Source: Candidatus Melainabacteria bacterium 17Bon1m | GTDB taxonomy: Bacteria > Cyanobacteriota > Vampirovibrionia > Obscuribacterales > Obscuribacteraceae | Assembly: GCA_032128875.1 (NCBI GenBank) | Contig: JAVLKG010000001.1 | Coordinates: 448,001-512,000, forward strand | Length of the DNA stretch: 64,000 nt | Reading direction: 5' to 3' | In this document: positions 8,922 to 19,789 of the stretch, piece after piece | How positions within the stretch are numbered: the first letter of the stretch is position 1 | How the letters are laid out: each line of letters opens with the position of its first letter | Program-made: the position numbers and the translations under genes | The notes under the pieces: generated by a model | Databases searched by the model: none | The model's input: the letters and a program-made list of their open reading frames with translations, nothing else | What the model was told of the DNA's origin: nothing

Positions 8922-9848
8922 CTATCTATAGACAAGAACACTTGTTCTCGTTGCTCGCACTATGTGAGTGGTCGTGCTTCCGACGACATTCTCTTCCGGA
9001 TCCTTAAAACCATATGCGCCTACTATTAAAAGCGCGTTCTGCTCTTCAGCTTGTCTCAGAATAGTGTTGGCTGGTTGACCGACCTTTACATCAAAAACAT
9101 CTTGCATCAAGCATCTAGTCTTTACTGCAACGCCTCCATCATCAGTGCCTTCTTTCTGCTGCTCTGGCGTTTGATAATTGCGCAACAACGATGCACCCAT
9201 TTCTATGATGCTATTAGCTTGCTTGATTTGATCTTCTTCTCTTACTACAAGTATGGCTTTCAGAGGTATGCCGGTGGCGATTGCCAGCTGTTCGCCCAAA
9301 AGAAGCGCTCCTTTTGAGGGCTCGCTGCCATCGTATGCAACCAGAATTGTCTTCAGTGAGTCCGGTGGTGTCACTGAAATCAATACTGACTTTTTCGCAC
9401 CGACTGCCACCCTTTCTGCTACCGAACCGACACGAAAGAATGACAATGCTGCTTGATGATTCTTGTAACCTACGCCTCTATGTCCTACAACGACCAGAGC
9501 TTTATTCTTTCCCGCCTTGAGAATCTCTTCGGTGACATCTCCAAGCACCATATGTGTCTTTGCTGCGCATCCCATGTGTGCTTCTGCATCCGCTTTCCAC
9601 AATTTGAGAATGACAGTGGCTATCTTCTTCAGACCTTGGATAATCTTTGCTGAAGCATCGATTGAAGGTTTGATGCCGAGATCTTCTGCGAATTCCGGGG
9701 AGAGGAAAAGATCGACGATTCGTGGATCTACAACTGATATCGCTTCAAGTTCTGCATCAGTTTTTTTTGCTATCCAGAATGCGGTAAGTGATGCGTTCTG
9801 ACTGTATTCGGAGCCGTCCAGTGCGACCAAAACACGGGTGTTTTTCAT
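8922..9848 (-). CDS. Tandem-domain universal stress protein
   Basis: VLVALDGSEYS...GHRG...VGSVAERV; ILVAYDGSEPS...GAYG...VGSTTTHIV. Confidence 0.9.
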   Translation of the reverse strand: MKNTRVLVALDGSEYSQNASLTAFWIAKKTDAELEAISVVDPRIVDLFLSPEFAEDLGIKPSIDASAKIIQGLKKIATVILKLWKADAEAHMGCAAKTHMVLGDVTEEILKAGKNKALVVVGHRGVGYKNHQAALSFFRVGSVAERVAVGAKKSVLISVTPPDSLKTILVAYDGSEPSKGALLLGEQLAIATGIPLKAILVVREEDQIKQANSIIEMGASLLRNYQTPEQQKEGTDDGGVAVKTRCLMQDVFDVKVGQPANTILRQAEEQNALLIVGAYGFKDPEENVVGSTTTHIVRATRTSVLVYR

Positions 9849-9936
9849 GATATACCTGCTTCTTTCCTTTCCGCAGCTGTAAAGCCGGTGGCTAACCTTG
9901 CTGCTTCTATCATCCGGTTTCTTTCAGCAGGGGATA

Positions 9937-10009
9937 TCGACCGCAATGACTATTGCTGTCTTTTGCCGTCCGGAGGGCTTTTGGTAAGGGCTGTCATCAC
10001 AAAGTATGA
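9937..10009. promoter_or_regulatory. Two putative NarL-type 7-2-7 operator boxes upstream of the usp triplet
   Basis: TCGACCG-CA-ATGACTA (9937-9952) and TCATCAC-AA-AGTATGA (9994-10009). Confidence 0.6.
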
Positions 10010-10010
10010 G

Positions 10011-12449
10011 TTAAGTGGCCGCTGCTGCGGCTGCTTCAGGCAAGCGAGCTTGCAGAAGTTGCGCTTCTTTCTCATAAACCAGCTGAATGGTCTTAACAAC
10101 CACATCTGCGCTCAGTGAAATACTGTCTATTCCTTCTGCGACCAGGAACTCTGCAAATTCAGGATAATCACTTGGGGCCTGACCGCAAATGCCTATTTTG
10201 CGACCTGCTTTTTTCGCTTCCTTAATGACATGAGATATCATCTTCTTGACCGCGGAGTTTCGCTCATCAAAGAGTTCCGCTACGTCTTTCGAGTCTCTAT
10301 CTACACCCAAAACAAGTTGCGTGAGGTCGTTCGAGCCGATCGAAAAACCATCGAAAATCTCAGCAAATTCGTCAGCCAGGATGACATTCGATGGAATTTC
10401 GCACATAACGTAGACTTCCAATCCTGCCTTGCCTCGCTCAAGCCCATTGTCCGCTAATTCCTTGAGAACAAGCAGACCCTCATTAATAGTTCGGCAAAAA
10501 GGCACCATGATTTTCACATTCGTAAGACCCATCTCTTCTCGAACATATTTAAGAGCGCGGCATTCCAGAGCAAAACCGTCTTTGTATGCTTTGTTGTAAT
10601 ATCTTGATGCTCCTCTAAAACCCAGCATCGGATTTTCTTCTACCGGCTCGAATTGACCACCTCCTAGAAGATTGGCATATTCATTGGTCTTAAAATCCGA
10701 AAGTCTGACGATTACAGCTCGAGGATAGAAAGCCGCGGCAATCGTTCCTATTCCCTCGCTCAACCTCTCTACGAAATAGTCTGTCTTGTTTTCATATTTG
10801 CCAGTCAGGTTTTGAATAGCTTCTTTCGCCTCTGAATCGTGCAATTGGTCAAATCGTGTCAAAGCCAGTGGATGCACTTTCACTTCGTTAGCAATGACGA
10901 ATTCTTCCCGCGCAAGTCCTACTCCGTCTACAGGTAAATGAGAGAGCGTAAAGGCTTGATCCGGATCGGCCAGATTGAGCATGATTTTTGTTTTCGGTTT
11001 TGGCAATTCATCAAAATCAAGCTCTAACTTGTCAAACTGAAGCATGCCTGAAAACACTTTCCCTTCAGTTCCTTCGGCACAAGATACTGTCACTTCAGTT
11101 CCTGATTTCAGCATTCTTGTAGCTAATTCCGTGCCTACCACGCAAGGCACTCCCAATTCACGGCTTACAATCGCCGCATGGCAGGTTCTACCACCCCTGT
11201 TGGTGACAATGGCTGCCGCTCTTTTCATAACCGGTTCCCAGTCCGGGTCTGTCATATCGGCGACCAGTACTTCACCGTCTTTAAAGGAAACCAATTCTTC
11301 TTTTGTTCTAATTAACCTTACTTTTCCTGCGCCGATTCGCTGGCCAATAGCGCGTCCCTGAAAGAGCAATTCTCCCTTTTCTTTCAGTGAATACGAAGTG
11401 ATTGTGCTTGCTTTCCTTGCCGAAATGACGGTTTCGGGGCGAGCTTGAACTATGTACAATCGCTGACTAAGTCCATCTTTTGCCCATTCGATGTCCATAG
11501 CCATTGCGTGATTGTTCACTTTGCTATAGTGCTCTTCAATTGAAATTGCCCATTTTGCAAGCGTGTTTACTTCTTCATCGCTCAAGGAAAGTTGATTTCG
11601 AACTTCGTCGGGCACCGGAAGATTTTTTGTTCTTCTGGTTCCGTGATTATCGTATACAAGGCGTTGTTGCTTTAGTCCGACTTTTCGTCTCAGAATTGCT
11701 TTGAACCCTTGCTTAAGGGCCGGTTTGAAGACCAGATATTCATCAGGGTCCACTTTTCCTCCGACCACATTCTCACCCAGTCCCAGTGCCGATGTAATCA
11801 GAACAGCGTCCCTAAATCCGCTTTCTGTATCGAGAGTGAAAATGACTCCCGAAGATGCGAGATCGGAGCGGACCATCTTCTGCACTGCAATCGATAGCTT
11901 GACGCCAAGCTGGTCGAAGCCTTTGTCGTGTCTATAGGAAATCGCTCTTTCTGTGAAAAGAGAAGCAAAACAATCTAAGCAAGCGACAATCAGTGCTTGC
12001 TCACCCTGGATGTTCAAAAACGACTCCTGTTGCCCGGCAAAAGAAGCATCAGGTAAGTCTTCTGCCGTTGCACTGGAGCGAACAGCCACATCTACATCGT
12101 TGCTTTCGCTGTTCTTCGAGAGCAATTTGTAAGCGGAGATCACTTCTCGTTTTACCGGCTCCGGAATTCCTGCTTTTCGTATCAGCTCTCTTGCTTTATG
12201 AGAGCGTTCCTGTAAATCCTGCACACTGCCTGTGAGTGGCGACTGAAAGAGCTTCTCCAGCTCGTTTTTAACGTTGCCTTGTTCGAGAATTGCATCATAT
12301 GCATCGACTGTGATCGCAAAGCCTTCCGGTACATTGATGCCGAGTTGGCTGAGGCATCCTGTCATTTCGCCCAGGGACGCATTCTTCCCTCCGACCTTCG
12401 GCAAGCTGGCCATCGAAATCTCGTCGAATTGCAATATGTACTTGCTCAT
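10011..12449 (-). CDS. ppsA: Phosphoenolpyruvate synthase (pyruvate, water dikinase)
   Basis: VGGKNASLGEM, VAVRSSATAEDLPDASFAGQQES, phospho-His motif GGRTCHAAIVSRE, ENPMLGFRG, FSIGSNDLTQ; GGAG SD. Confidence 0.97.
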   Translation of the reverse strand: MSKYILQFDEISMASLPKVGGKNASLGEMTGCLSQLGINVPEGFAITVDAYDAILEQGNVKNELEKLFQSPLTGSVQDLQERSHKARELIRKAGIPEPVKREVISAYKLLSKNSESNDVDVAVRSSATAEDLPDASFAGQQESFLNIQGEQALIVACLDCFASLFTERAISYRHDKGFDQLGVKLSIAVQKMVRSDLASSGVIFTLDTESGFRDAVLITSALGLGENVVGGKVDPDEYLVFKPALKQGFKAILRRKVGLKQQRLVYDNHGTRRTKNLPVPDEVRNQLSLSDEEVNTLAKWAISIEEHYSKVNNHAMAMDIEWAKDGLSQRLYIVQARPETVISARKASTITSYSLKEKGELLFQGRAIGQRIGAGKVRLIRTKEELVSFKDGEVLVADMTDPDWEPVMKRAAAIVTNRGGRTCHAAIVSRELGVPCVVGTELATRMLKSGTEVTVSCAEGTEGKVFSGMLQFDKLELDFDELPKPKTKIMLNLADPDQAFTLSHLPVDGVGLAREEFVIANEVKVHPLALTRFDQLHDSEAKEAIQNLTGKYENKTDYFVERLSEGIGTIAAAFYPRAVIVRLSDFKTNEYANLLGGGQFEPVEENPMLGFRGASRYYNKAYKDGFALECRALKYVREEMGLTNVKIMVPFCRTINEGLLVLKELADNGLERGKAGLEVYVMCEIPSNVILADEFAEIFDGFSIGSNDLTQLVLGVDRDSKDVAELFDERNSAVKKMISHVIKEAKKAGRKIGICGQAPSDYPEFAEFLVAEGIDSISLSADVVVKTIQLVYEKEAQLLQARLPEAAAAAAT

Positions 12450-12463
12450 TTTTAGCTCCACTC

Positions 12464-12880
12464 TTATGAGTAACGATGGACCTCTTGAAGCAGAAGATCG
12501 AAAATCACGGGTGCAAGATTGGAACAGCTCAGTTGGCAGTCGAGCGGTTTTGCTTTTCCTGAGGCCATCCTTGCTCTGTAATAACTCAATCTGTTCTGAA
12601 ATGATTTCCAGGCTGTTTGCATGTCTGCTGCACTCGTCGTGTTATTCCTGCTTGCGAAAAAGTGCTGTAATACTTTATATGCGGCCTGGCAGCATTCGCA
12701 GCAATCGGTCAGATCATTTTCTGGGTTGCCGACGGTTTCAATCTCTTTCGGGTCACCGCCATCCTCAAATACACCAAACTCCCTTGCTCCTTGCTGAATA
12801 GCCTGAGCTCCAGTCAGTCCGTTGCCCACAAGTAAATCGTGAATATATAAACGGGCGCTTGGAAAGCTTAGCGACTTCAT
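12464..12880 (-). CDS. Hypothetical protein with CCECC cluster
   Basis: Lies within the operon; 4-nt ATGA overlap with the upstream gene; no recognised family. Confidence 0.6.
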   Translation of the reverse strand: MKSLSFPSARLYIHDLLVGNGLTGAQAIQQGAREFGVFEDGGDPKEIETVGNPENDLTDCCECCQAAYKVLQHFFASRNNTTSAADMQTAWKSFQNRLSYYRARMASGKAKPLDCQLSCSNLAPVIFDLLLQEVHRYS

Positions 12881-13458
12881 GTTTCAAAACCGGCCTTTGT
12901 CTCCGAGACCAAAGCGATTGCGTTTTGTTGACCCAGTTCTGTGCCTGTATCGATGCCGTCTTCAACTGTAATCAGATGTTTGCCGCCCGCACAGAAGAAA
13001 TGATGAATGAGTGGACGCAATTCACGAATGCGATCTTGCTTGCTGCCGACAAATTGTCCGAGATCGACTGAAATTAGCCCATCTGCGTTTTCCATTTCAT
13101 CAAGCGCCGCTCTGAATCCAAAAGACGGATGGTCCGAAACATCGCTGAATGTGTCATAAATTTGATAGCCATTCTCGCTGCAGTACGCTTTAATGAGTTC
13201 GAGCTTTTCCTCGAGGTCCTCTTCTTTGAGCACGCGGATGTAGACTACCAGTCGTTCTTTTCTATTGCGATTGACATAGTAGTTTGAGATTGAATTGCTT
13301 TTCTCGGTGCAAAGGCAACGATTCAGCAGGTCTCCTTGATGACTAATTCTAGGAGAGTGCGGTCTTTTCTCTTTGAAAAAGTGTTCCATTAAGGGACGCT
13401 GTTCGTGATCATCCAAAGCGTTCATTGTTTTTACTCCCGGACTTCCGTTGTTTTCCAT
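12877..13458 (-). CDS. Serine recombinase/resolvase catalytic-domain homolog, apparently inactive
   Basis: VYIRVL (canonical YxRVS), ..AYC..NGY.I...F.D, D.LI..DL, LITVEDGIDT.T..G. Catalytic Ser and DRxxR are missing; no HTH. Confidence 0.7.
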   Translation of the reverse strand: MENNGSPGVKTMNALDDHEQRPLMEHFFKEKRPHSPRISHQGDLLNRCLCTEKSNSISNYYVNRNRKERLVVYIRVLKEEDLEEKLELIKAYCSENGYQIYDTFSDVSDHPSFGFRAALDEMENADGLISVDLGQFVGSKQDRIRELRPLIHHFFCAGGKHLITVEDGIDTGTELGQQNAIALVSETKAGFET

Positions 13459-13469
13459 TTGTAATGAGC

Positions 13470-13937
13470 TTATGCGATTTTTTGTTCCTTGACTGCATCT
13501 ATCGGTTTAATAACTACAACCGAGCAGGGTGCATGAGAGACAAGGAACATTGAGACGCTTCCCAAAATAATTCTGTCCAGTCCGTGCCGTCCATGACTTC
13601 CCACGATGAGCATTTCAGGTCTTTCTCTGGTCACTTCCTTCATGATCTCGTCTGCAGCAAAACCTTCTATTATCTGCTTTTGAATCATTGTCTTTGGCAC
13701 AGATCTACTTATGGTGCGAACAAAGTCTTCGACCAGACGAGCTGCCTCGTCTTTTCGCTTCTCCAGCATTTCATCAAGAACTGGACCCGGCAGTACGGCC
13801 ATTAGATTGCCGACTTTGAGAGGCTCGACAACACTCAATACCTTAAAGTCCGTGCCTTCATCCCATTTGTGAGTGTTTACAAATTCAGCAATTGCATTTG
13901 CAAAATTGACTTCATCTATAGCGATCAAAACTTTCAT
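13470..13937 (-). CDS. Universal stress protein
   Basis: MKVLIAIDE...VGSHGRHG...LGSVS...HAPCSV; GAGG SD. Confidence 0.9.
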   Translation of the reverse strand: MKVLIAIDEVNFANAIAEFVNTHKWDEGTDFKVLSVVEPLKVGNLMAVLPGPVLDEMLEKRKDEAARLVEDFVRTISRSVPKTMIQKQIIEGFAADEIMKEVTRERPEMLIVGSHGRHGLDRIILGSVSMFLVSHAPCSVVVIKPIDAVKEQKIA

Positions 13938-14010
13938 TTGCCAAAACCTCTTGTACTGAGTCTCGCCGTCTCGTTGCTGCCATTTGACCACGCTTGAATC
14001 CGTCGACACA

Positions 14011-14135
14011 TCATGCAAAGGGACTAGGGCCAGTCAACCGAAGCTCTCGGTCACTTACTTTCTTTCAAAATTGCCCCGGACCCAACCGCATTATTTAGGA
14101 TAGTCACTACGATTTGCCTTCATACTAAAGGACTA
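14011..14135. promoter_or_regulatory. Two putative 7-2-7 boxes in the divergent usp-ppsA / mgtA promoter region
   Basis: TCATGCA-AA-GGGACTA (14011-14026) and TCATACT-AA-AGGACTA (14120-14135). Confidence 0.65.
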
Positions 14136-14300
14136 TTCATTCGGGTAAGTAAGAGGCAAACTGCTCTGGATTTCCGCTTTTGCTGGTCTTAACAACAGTC
14201 AAACCTGGGAACGATGGGGACATTTCTCCCAGATGGCACTATTAAAGCCAGGCGGCGTTTGCAAAGGTTACTTTGCCGCCCACGTTGGAGAGGCGAGAGT

Positions 14301-14669
14301 ATGCTTTTACAGAACGTTCACCAAGGTTCAGACTTCAGAGACGCCGTGGAAAAGCCCGCACTAGATGCATGTCTTGCGTCGATTCTCGCTTGCACGGGTT
14401 TAGGGGTACTAGTCACTTACCTTTGGCTTGTCGAATCAATACCAGTTGCCAGTCTTTCAGGAGCCGTCATGGCTGGGGCTGCAGTCGGTGCCAGCGCGGG
14501 AATTCTCCTATTCGGACTTGTTGATGTGGTGATCTCTGGACGCCTCGAGGAATCTGCAGAAATTGTTGAAGATGCAGATGCAGTTTTAGACAACGAAGAG
14601 AAATACGAAACGCCGCCAGAATTTCTGGGGCAAGAGGAAGATGACTTCACTCTGCAGAAAGCCTCGTAA
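14301..14669 (+). CDS. Hypothetical 2-TM membrane protein with acidic tail
   Basis: GGAG SD before ATG 14301; two hydrophobic helices; directly upstream of mgtA. Confidence 0.6.
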   Translation: MLLQNVHQGSDFRDAVEKPALDACLASILACTGLGVLVTYLWLVESIPVASLSGAVMAGAAVGASAGILLFGLVDVVISGRLEESAEIVEDADAVLDNEEKYETPPEFLGQEEDDFTLQKAS

Positions 14670-14676
14670 TTTTGAT

Positions 14677-17214
14677 ATGCAAGAAGCGGGGACAAATGCA
14701 ACGGGCTCCTCGCAACTTGAAGCCGATGGTCTTTCCCAGGAAGTGGCCGCGAGACTCCTTGAGAAATACGGGCTCAATGAACCAGCGAGGGCACGCAAGA
14801 ATGACTGGCTCATCGCATTTTTAGAACGTTTCAAAAACCCGCTGGTGATCATACTTATGGGCGCCGGTCTTGTTTCCGCCGCCACTGGAGAAATGACCGG
14901 ATTTACCATCATTTTTGCAATCGTTTGCATAAGCATAACTATGGACTTCTTCCAGCAATACCGCGCCGATAAAGCGGTGGAGAGGCTTTCGCAAAGTGTG
15001 TCCCTGGAAAGTACAGTATTGCGCGACCAGAAAGAAATAAAGCTTCCAAGCAGACAGATCGTTCCTGGTGATGTTGTCTTACTTTCTGCAGGAGACCTTA
15101 TACCTGCAGATGGAGTGCTAATTCGAGCGCGCGATTTTTTTGTCAACCAGTCAATGCTGACAGGAGAAACCTATCCCGTCGAAAAGAAACATTCATGTTC
15201 GGCGGATGTGCGCACGAAAAAACTTAACCAAAACGATCTGAACGAACCGCATTTTGCCTTTGCCGGCAGCTCTGTCGTCAGCGGAATCGGCAGACTTCTC
15301 ATTTTGTCCACTGGTGCAAACACAGTCTTGGGCAGTATCTCGACCAGTCTTGCTGCTCGCCGACCAGAAACATCGTTTGAGTCAGGCGTCAGAAGGTTCG
15401 GCATGATGATTATGCGCGTTACTCTGGTGCTCGTTGTATTTGCATTCGCGGTAAATGTTGCTGCGCATAGACCCTTATTGCAATCTCTGTTATTTGGTGT
15501 GGCATTAGCGGTTGGATTGACTCCTGAGCTTCTTCCTATGGTGATAACAGTGACGCTAAGCAAAGGTGCTCTGGAAATGGCCAGACAGAGCGTCATTGTA
15601 AAACGCCTTTCTGCCGTTCAAGATCTTGGCTCTATGAGCGTTCTTTGCACAGATAAGACCGGGACTCTTACAGAAGGAAAAATCGTGCTGGAAAAGCACG
15701 TCGATCTCTCAGGTGAGGACAGTCAGGATGTTCTTCAACTCGCCTACCTCAACAGTTATTTCGAGACCGGTGTGAAGAGCGCCCTCGATGATGCGATACT
15801 GGCGCACCGAGAAGTAGATATGTCCGGTTGGAAAAAAATTGATGAAGTACCTTTTGATTTCGAAAGAAGGCGAGTCTCTGTTTTAGCTGAACGCGGCTCC
15901 GCACGCCTGCTGGCGGTAAAAGGCGCAGCTGACAGCATTCTGAAACTGTGCAGTAGAGCAGAGCTCTCCGATGCGCAAGTTATCGAAATGAACGCTGAAT
16001 TGAAAGCTAAGATCGACGCTCTTTTTAAAACTCTTGCTGAAGACGGCTTTCATATTCTGGCAATTGCTTACAAGCAAGTCGATGCTTCACACGATCATGC
16101 GCGATTAGATGACGAAAGAGAGCTTGTCTTCAAAGGATTTGCTGCTTTCCTTGATCCTCCCAAATCGTCTGCAAAAGATGCCTTGGTTGCGCTCGGTGAA
16201 GATAATGTGCAGGTGAAAGTACTGAGCGGAGACCACGAACTTGTTGCAAAATATGTTTGCAAAGAGCTCGACTTTGAAATCTCTGGTCTGCTTATTGGTG
16301 ATGAAATAAACAAACTGGACGACCATGCCCTGCAGGCAAGATGCCAAAACACCAATCTCTTCTGCAGAGTCACTCCTTCTCAAAAGACGAGGATAATTGC
16401 TGCCCTAAAGGCTCGCGGAGCTACAGTTGGCTTCCTGGGTGACGGCATCAATGACGCGCCCTCGTTGCATACTGCAGATGTCGGTATATCAGTGGACACT
16501 GCTGTAGATGTGGCAAAGCAAGCCGCAGACATGGTTCTTCTGAAGCATGATTTAAAGGTGCTTCACGCCGGAATAAGAGAAGGGCGCCGCGCCTTCGTCA
16601 ATGTGCAGAAATATATTCTAATGGCGACCAGCTCCAATTTTGGCAACATGTTTAGCATGGCTATGGCTACCCTTTTTCTGCCTTTTCTGCCGATGCTGCC
16701 CGTGCAAATTCTTTTGAATAATCTTCTTTATGACCTTTCAGAACTGGCTTTGCCTATGGACAATGTCGACGAAGAGCTTCTTTCTAAGCCTTCATACGGC
16801 GATATAAGTTTTATCAAAAAGTTTATGCTCTCTATCGGACCAATAAGCTCCATCTTCGACTTCATCACATTTTTTGTGCTGATTTCTATTTTGAAAGCGA
16901 ATGAAAGTCTTTTCCATACGGGCTGGTTTGTCGAATCGCTGGCTACGCAGATACTTGTAATTTTTGTGATTAGAACAAGACGCCCTTGCCTGAAAAGCAA
17001 ACCTGGAAAGTTCTTGGTGCTGCTCAGCCTTTCGATTGTCTTAACTGCTTGTATTTTTACCTTGCCACCTTTCGCACGGACATTTGGATTCAGTCCATTG
17101 CCACCTGTATTCTTTGGCATCCTTGCCTTGATTGCGAGCGTATATCTCGCATTCGTAGAGATTGCCAAGCATGTTTTTTACCGGCGTTTGAGAGGCTCTA
17201 CTATTGCCGTTTAG
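14677..17214 (+). CDS. mgtA: Magnesium-translocating P-type ATPase (P3B)
   Basis: LTGE, AVGLTPELLPM, DKTGTLT, PFDFERRR, GDGINDAP, TSSNFGNMFS, LLNNLLYD, FHTGWFVESL. Confidence 0.92.
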   Translation: MQEAGTNATGSSQLEADGLSQEVAARLLEKYGLNEPARARKNDWLIAFLERFKNPLVIILMGAGLVSAATGEMTGFTIIFAIVCISITMDFFQQYRADKAVERLSQSVSLESTVLRDQKEIKLPSRQIVPGDVVLLSAGDLIPADGVLIRARDFFVNQSMLTGETYPVEKKHSCSADVRTKKLNQNDLNEPHFAFAGSSVVSGIGRLLILSTGANTVLGSISTSLAARRPETSFESGVRRFGMMIMRVTLVLVVFAFAVNVAAHRPLLQSLLFGVALAVGLTPELLPMVITVTLSKGALEMARQSVIVKRLSAVQDLGSMSVLCTDKTGTLTEGKIVLEKHVDLSGEDSQDVLQLAYLNSYFETGVKSALDDAILAHREVDMSGWKKIDEVPFDFERRRVSVLAERGSARLLAVKGAADSILKLCSRAELSDAQVIEMNAELKAKIDALFKTLAEDGFHILAIAYKQVDASHDHARLDDERELVFKGFAAFLDPPKSSAKDALVALGEDNVQVKVLSGDHELVAKYVCKELDFEISGLLIGDEINKLDDHALQARCQNTNLFCRVTPSQKTRIIAALKARGATVGFLGDGINDAPSLHTADVGISVDTAVDVAKQAADMVLLKHDLKVLHAGIREGRRAFVNVQKYILMATSSNFGNMFSMAMATLFLPFLPMLPVQILLNNLLYDLSELALPMDNVDEELLSKPSYGDISFIKKFMLSIGPISSIFDFITFFVLISILKANESLFHTGWFVESLATQILVIFVIRTRRPCLKSKPGKFLVLLSLSIVLTACIFTLPPFARTFGFSPLPPVFFGILALIASVYLAFVEIAKHVFYRRLRGSTIAV

Positions 17215-17221
17215 CAAAGCA

Positions 17222-17237
17222 CCATACTAAAGGTCGA
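17222..17237. promoter_or_regulatory. Putative 7-2-7 box upstream of usp-ftsH
   Basis: CCATACT-AA-AGGTCGA; shares CATACTAAAGG with the box at 14120. Confidence 0.6.
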
Positions 17238-17314
17238 TGGCGAAAGTCGTTTTGCTAACTAGATTAGATGAGATAGCCGCAGCGACTTGCATATTACGAG
17301 CGAGGGCATTGGAC

Positions 17315-17812
17315 ATGAAAGTACTATTGGCAATTTCAGATCGCCTGTTTGGCGATGCAATTGTTCGTTTTGCCTCTCATCACAAGTGGAATGCAGGCAC
17401 TGAATTTAAGCTCATTACTGTGGTTGCTGCGCTTCAACGTCAACCAGGTCATTCGGACGAAGACAAAAAAATCTTCTTTGATGAAGAGATGAAATTGGCA
17501 GACAAACAGCTTTCACAATTAAAATCTGCTCTAATGAAGGCTTTGCCGGATGCATACATCACTTATGAAGTATTAGTTGGCAGCCCTTCTCACGAAATTC
17601 TTGAATGTGCAAAAAATTGGCCAGCTCAGTTTATTTTGCTTGGATCGCATGGACGTGAAGGTTTGGAGAAAATGCTTTTAGGTAGTGTATCTCACTACGT
17701 GGCCTGCCATGCACCATGCTCTTTCAGCATAGTCCGCGTCGCCAACAGCGATGTTTTGGATTTCGAGCTAGAGGAAGAAGACATCCCCCTCGAGATGCGG
17801 GCGTTCGGATAA
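17315..17812 (+). CDS. Universal stress protein
   Basis: MKVLLAISD...LGSHGREG...LGSVSHYVACHAPCS. Confidence 0.9.
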   Translation: MKVLLAISDRLFGDAIVRFASHHKWNAGTEFKLITVVAALQRQPGHSDEDKKIFFDEEMKLADKQLSQLKSALMKALPDAYITYEVLVGSPSHEILECAKNWPAQFILLGSHGREGLEKMLLGSVSHYVACHAPCSFSIVRVANSDVLDFELEEEDIPLEMRAFG

Positions 17813-17820
17813 TAAATAAG

Positions 17821-19722
17821 ATGGTCGATAAGTCAAAAACAAACATGAAGTCACAATCAGAGTCGAATTCTCCCCCAGAGAAATCGAGCACAAAGCAAGA
17901 TATTTTGGCGTGGCTGACTATTGCCGCTTTCTGGTTGTGTTTGCTTTTTCTTCCAGTACTTCACATGGCGAGAGTTGAAACTGTTCCCTATAACCTTTTT
18001 ATGAGCGAACTTGCGGCCGGGCATTTTAGCGAAGTAGTAGTTCATGATGATGAGTTGGAAGCAAAATCAAATTCCGATAAGTTCAAGATCGTCAAAACAA
18101 ATAGGATTCAAGATCCAGCCCTGGTCGGAGTTTTGACAAAGGCAAACGTCAAATTCTCTTCGCCAGGAAAAAACGATTTCTGGTCAACTCTTGGCTCACT
18201 GCTTTTCCCAGCTTTTCTATTCTTCTTATTTTGGATGATCATGCTCCGCAGTTCGGCTGCTGGTGGAATGGGCGGTGCCATGCCCGGAGTAATGTCGATA
18301 GAGAAGAGCAAAGCCAAAGTCTACATGGAAGATAAGGTCAAAGTTTCGTTCAAGGATGTTGCAGGCGTCGACGAAGCAAAAGAAGAGCTCAAAGAAGTAG
18401 TCGGATTTCTAAGGCAGCCAGAGGCATTCACGCGCCTTGGAGGACATTTACCGAAAGGCATCTTGCTAGTCGGACCTCCGGGTACGGGAAAAACCCTGCT
18501 TGCCAGAGCTGTTGCCGGAGAAGCGGGGGTACCCTTTTTCTCCATAAGCGGCTCGGAATTCGTAGAGATGTTTGTTGGCGTTGGAGCGGCGCGTGTTCGC
18601 GATCTCTTTGCCGAGGCGCAGAAAAATGCTCCGTGCATCGTCTTCATCGATGAATTAGATGCATTAGGGCGCGCCCGCGGCATCAATCCAATGATGGGCG
18701 GACATGATGAAAAAGAACAGACTCTCAATCAGTTACTTGTCGAGATGGATGGATTCGATCCACGGCAAGGTGTTGTGCTGCTCGCCGCTACGAATAGGCC
18801 GGAAATACTTGATCAAGCTCTACTTAGAGCCGGCCGATTCGATAGGCATATTTTGGTGGACAGACCTGATAAATCCGGAAGAATGCAGATTTTGCAAGTT
18901 CACTTCAAGGACAAAGTAATCGATGATGCCGTAAGTCTCGAACACATCGCCTCTATGACACCGGGATTCACGGGAGCCGATCTCGCCAATCTTGTCAATG
19001 AAGCTGTGATTATCGCTACCAGAAGATCGGCCGAATCTGTTACTGAAGATGACTTTACGCAAGCCGTTGAGCGTATCGTTGCAGGTTTGGAAAAGAAAAG
19101 CCGCATTTTAAGCCCTGCCGAGCGGAACCTGGTAGCTCACCATGAGATGGGACACGCCCTGGTGGCTATGGCTTTGCCCGGTACAGACCCCGTACACAAA
19201 ATTTCCATTATCCCAAGGGGCATTGGTGCCCTTGGATATACGATGCAACGGCCCAGCGAAGATAAGTATCTTGCTTCCAAGCAAGAACTAGAAAATCGGC
19301 TTGCGGTCCTTCTTGGTGGCAGAGCGGCAGAGAAGCTTCTGTTTAACGAATTATCTACCGGTGCCGCTGACGACTTGGTCAAGGCCACAGACATAGCTCG
19401 CAACATGGTTACGCGTTATGGAATGAACGATGCCTTGGGTGCCGTAACTTATGAGGCAGAACCACAATCTTTTCTCGATGTTGCCTCTCAGTATCATGCG
19501 CACTCGCAGCTAAGCGAAGAGACGCTCAAAGAAATCGACTATGCAATCAAAGAGCTCGTTAGAACCGCAGAGAAGAAAGCGACGGAAGTTTTGGAGCAAT
19601 ACAAGGCGGTGCTAGTTGCTGGTGCCGAGTTGCTTTTGATAAACGAGACTCTCTCCAAGGACGAGTTGGATAAGATCTTTCCCAAACCTAAAGATGCATC
19701 TCACTTGAAGCTCATTAGCTGA
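17821..19722 (+). CDS. ftsH: ATP-dependent zinc metalloprotease FtsH
   Basis: Two TM segments, Walker A GPPGTGKT, Walker [30 protein letters not shown]. Confidence 0.96.
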   Translation: MVDKSKTNMKSQSESNSPPEKSSTKQDILAWLTIAAFWLCLLFLPVLHMARVETVPYNLFMSELAAGHFSEVVVHDDELEAKSNSDKFKIVKTNRIQDPALVGVLTKANVKFSSPGKNDFWSTLGSLLFPAFLFFLFWMIMLRSSAAGGMGGAMPGVMSIEKSKAKVYMEDKVKVSFKDVAGVDEAKEELKEVVGFLRQPEAFTRLGGHLPKGILLVGPPGTGKTLLARAVAGEAGVPFFSISGSEFVEMFVGVGAARVRDLFAEAQKNAPCIVFIDELDALGRARGINPMMGGHDEKEQTLNQLLVEMDGFDPRQGVVLLAATNRPEILDQALLRAGRFDRHILVDRPDKSGRMQILQVHFKDKVIDDAVSLEHIASMTPGFTGADLANLVNEAVIIATRRSAESVTEDDFTQAVERIVAGLEKKSRILSPAERNLVAHHEMGHALVAMALPGTDPVHKISIIPRGIGALGYTMQRPSEDKYLASKQELENRLAVLLGGRAAEKLLFNELSTGAADDLVKATDIARNMVTRYGMNDALGAVTYEAEPQSFLDVASQYHAHSQLSEETLKEIDYAIKELVRTAEKKATEVLEQYKAVLVAGAELLLINETLSKDELDKIFPKPKDASHLKLIS

Positions 19723-19789
19723 ATAGTGACAGGTATGAATTGGAAGAAAGGAGCACGCTATTGCGTAGTCTTTCTTTCAATTTCAGCGA

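Noticed and set aside
12877-13458. Resolvase as evidence of a transposon or integrated element
   Set aside because: Catalytic residues are absent, and no transposase, terminal repeats or att-like sites were seen.
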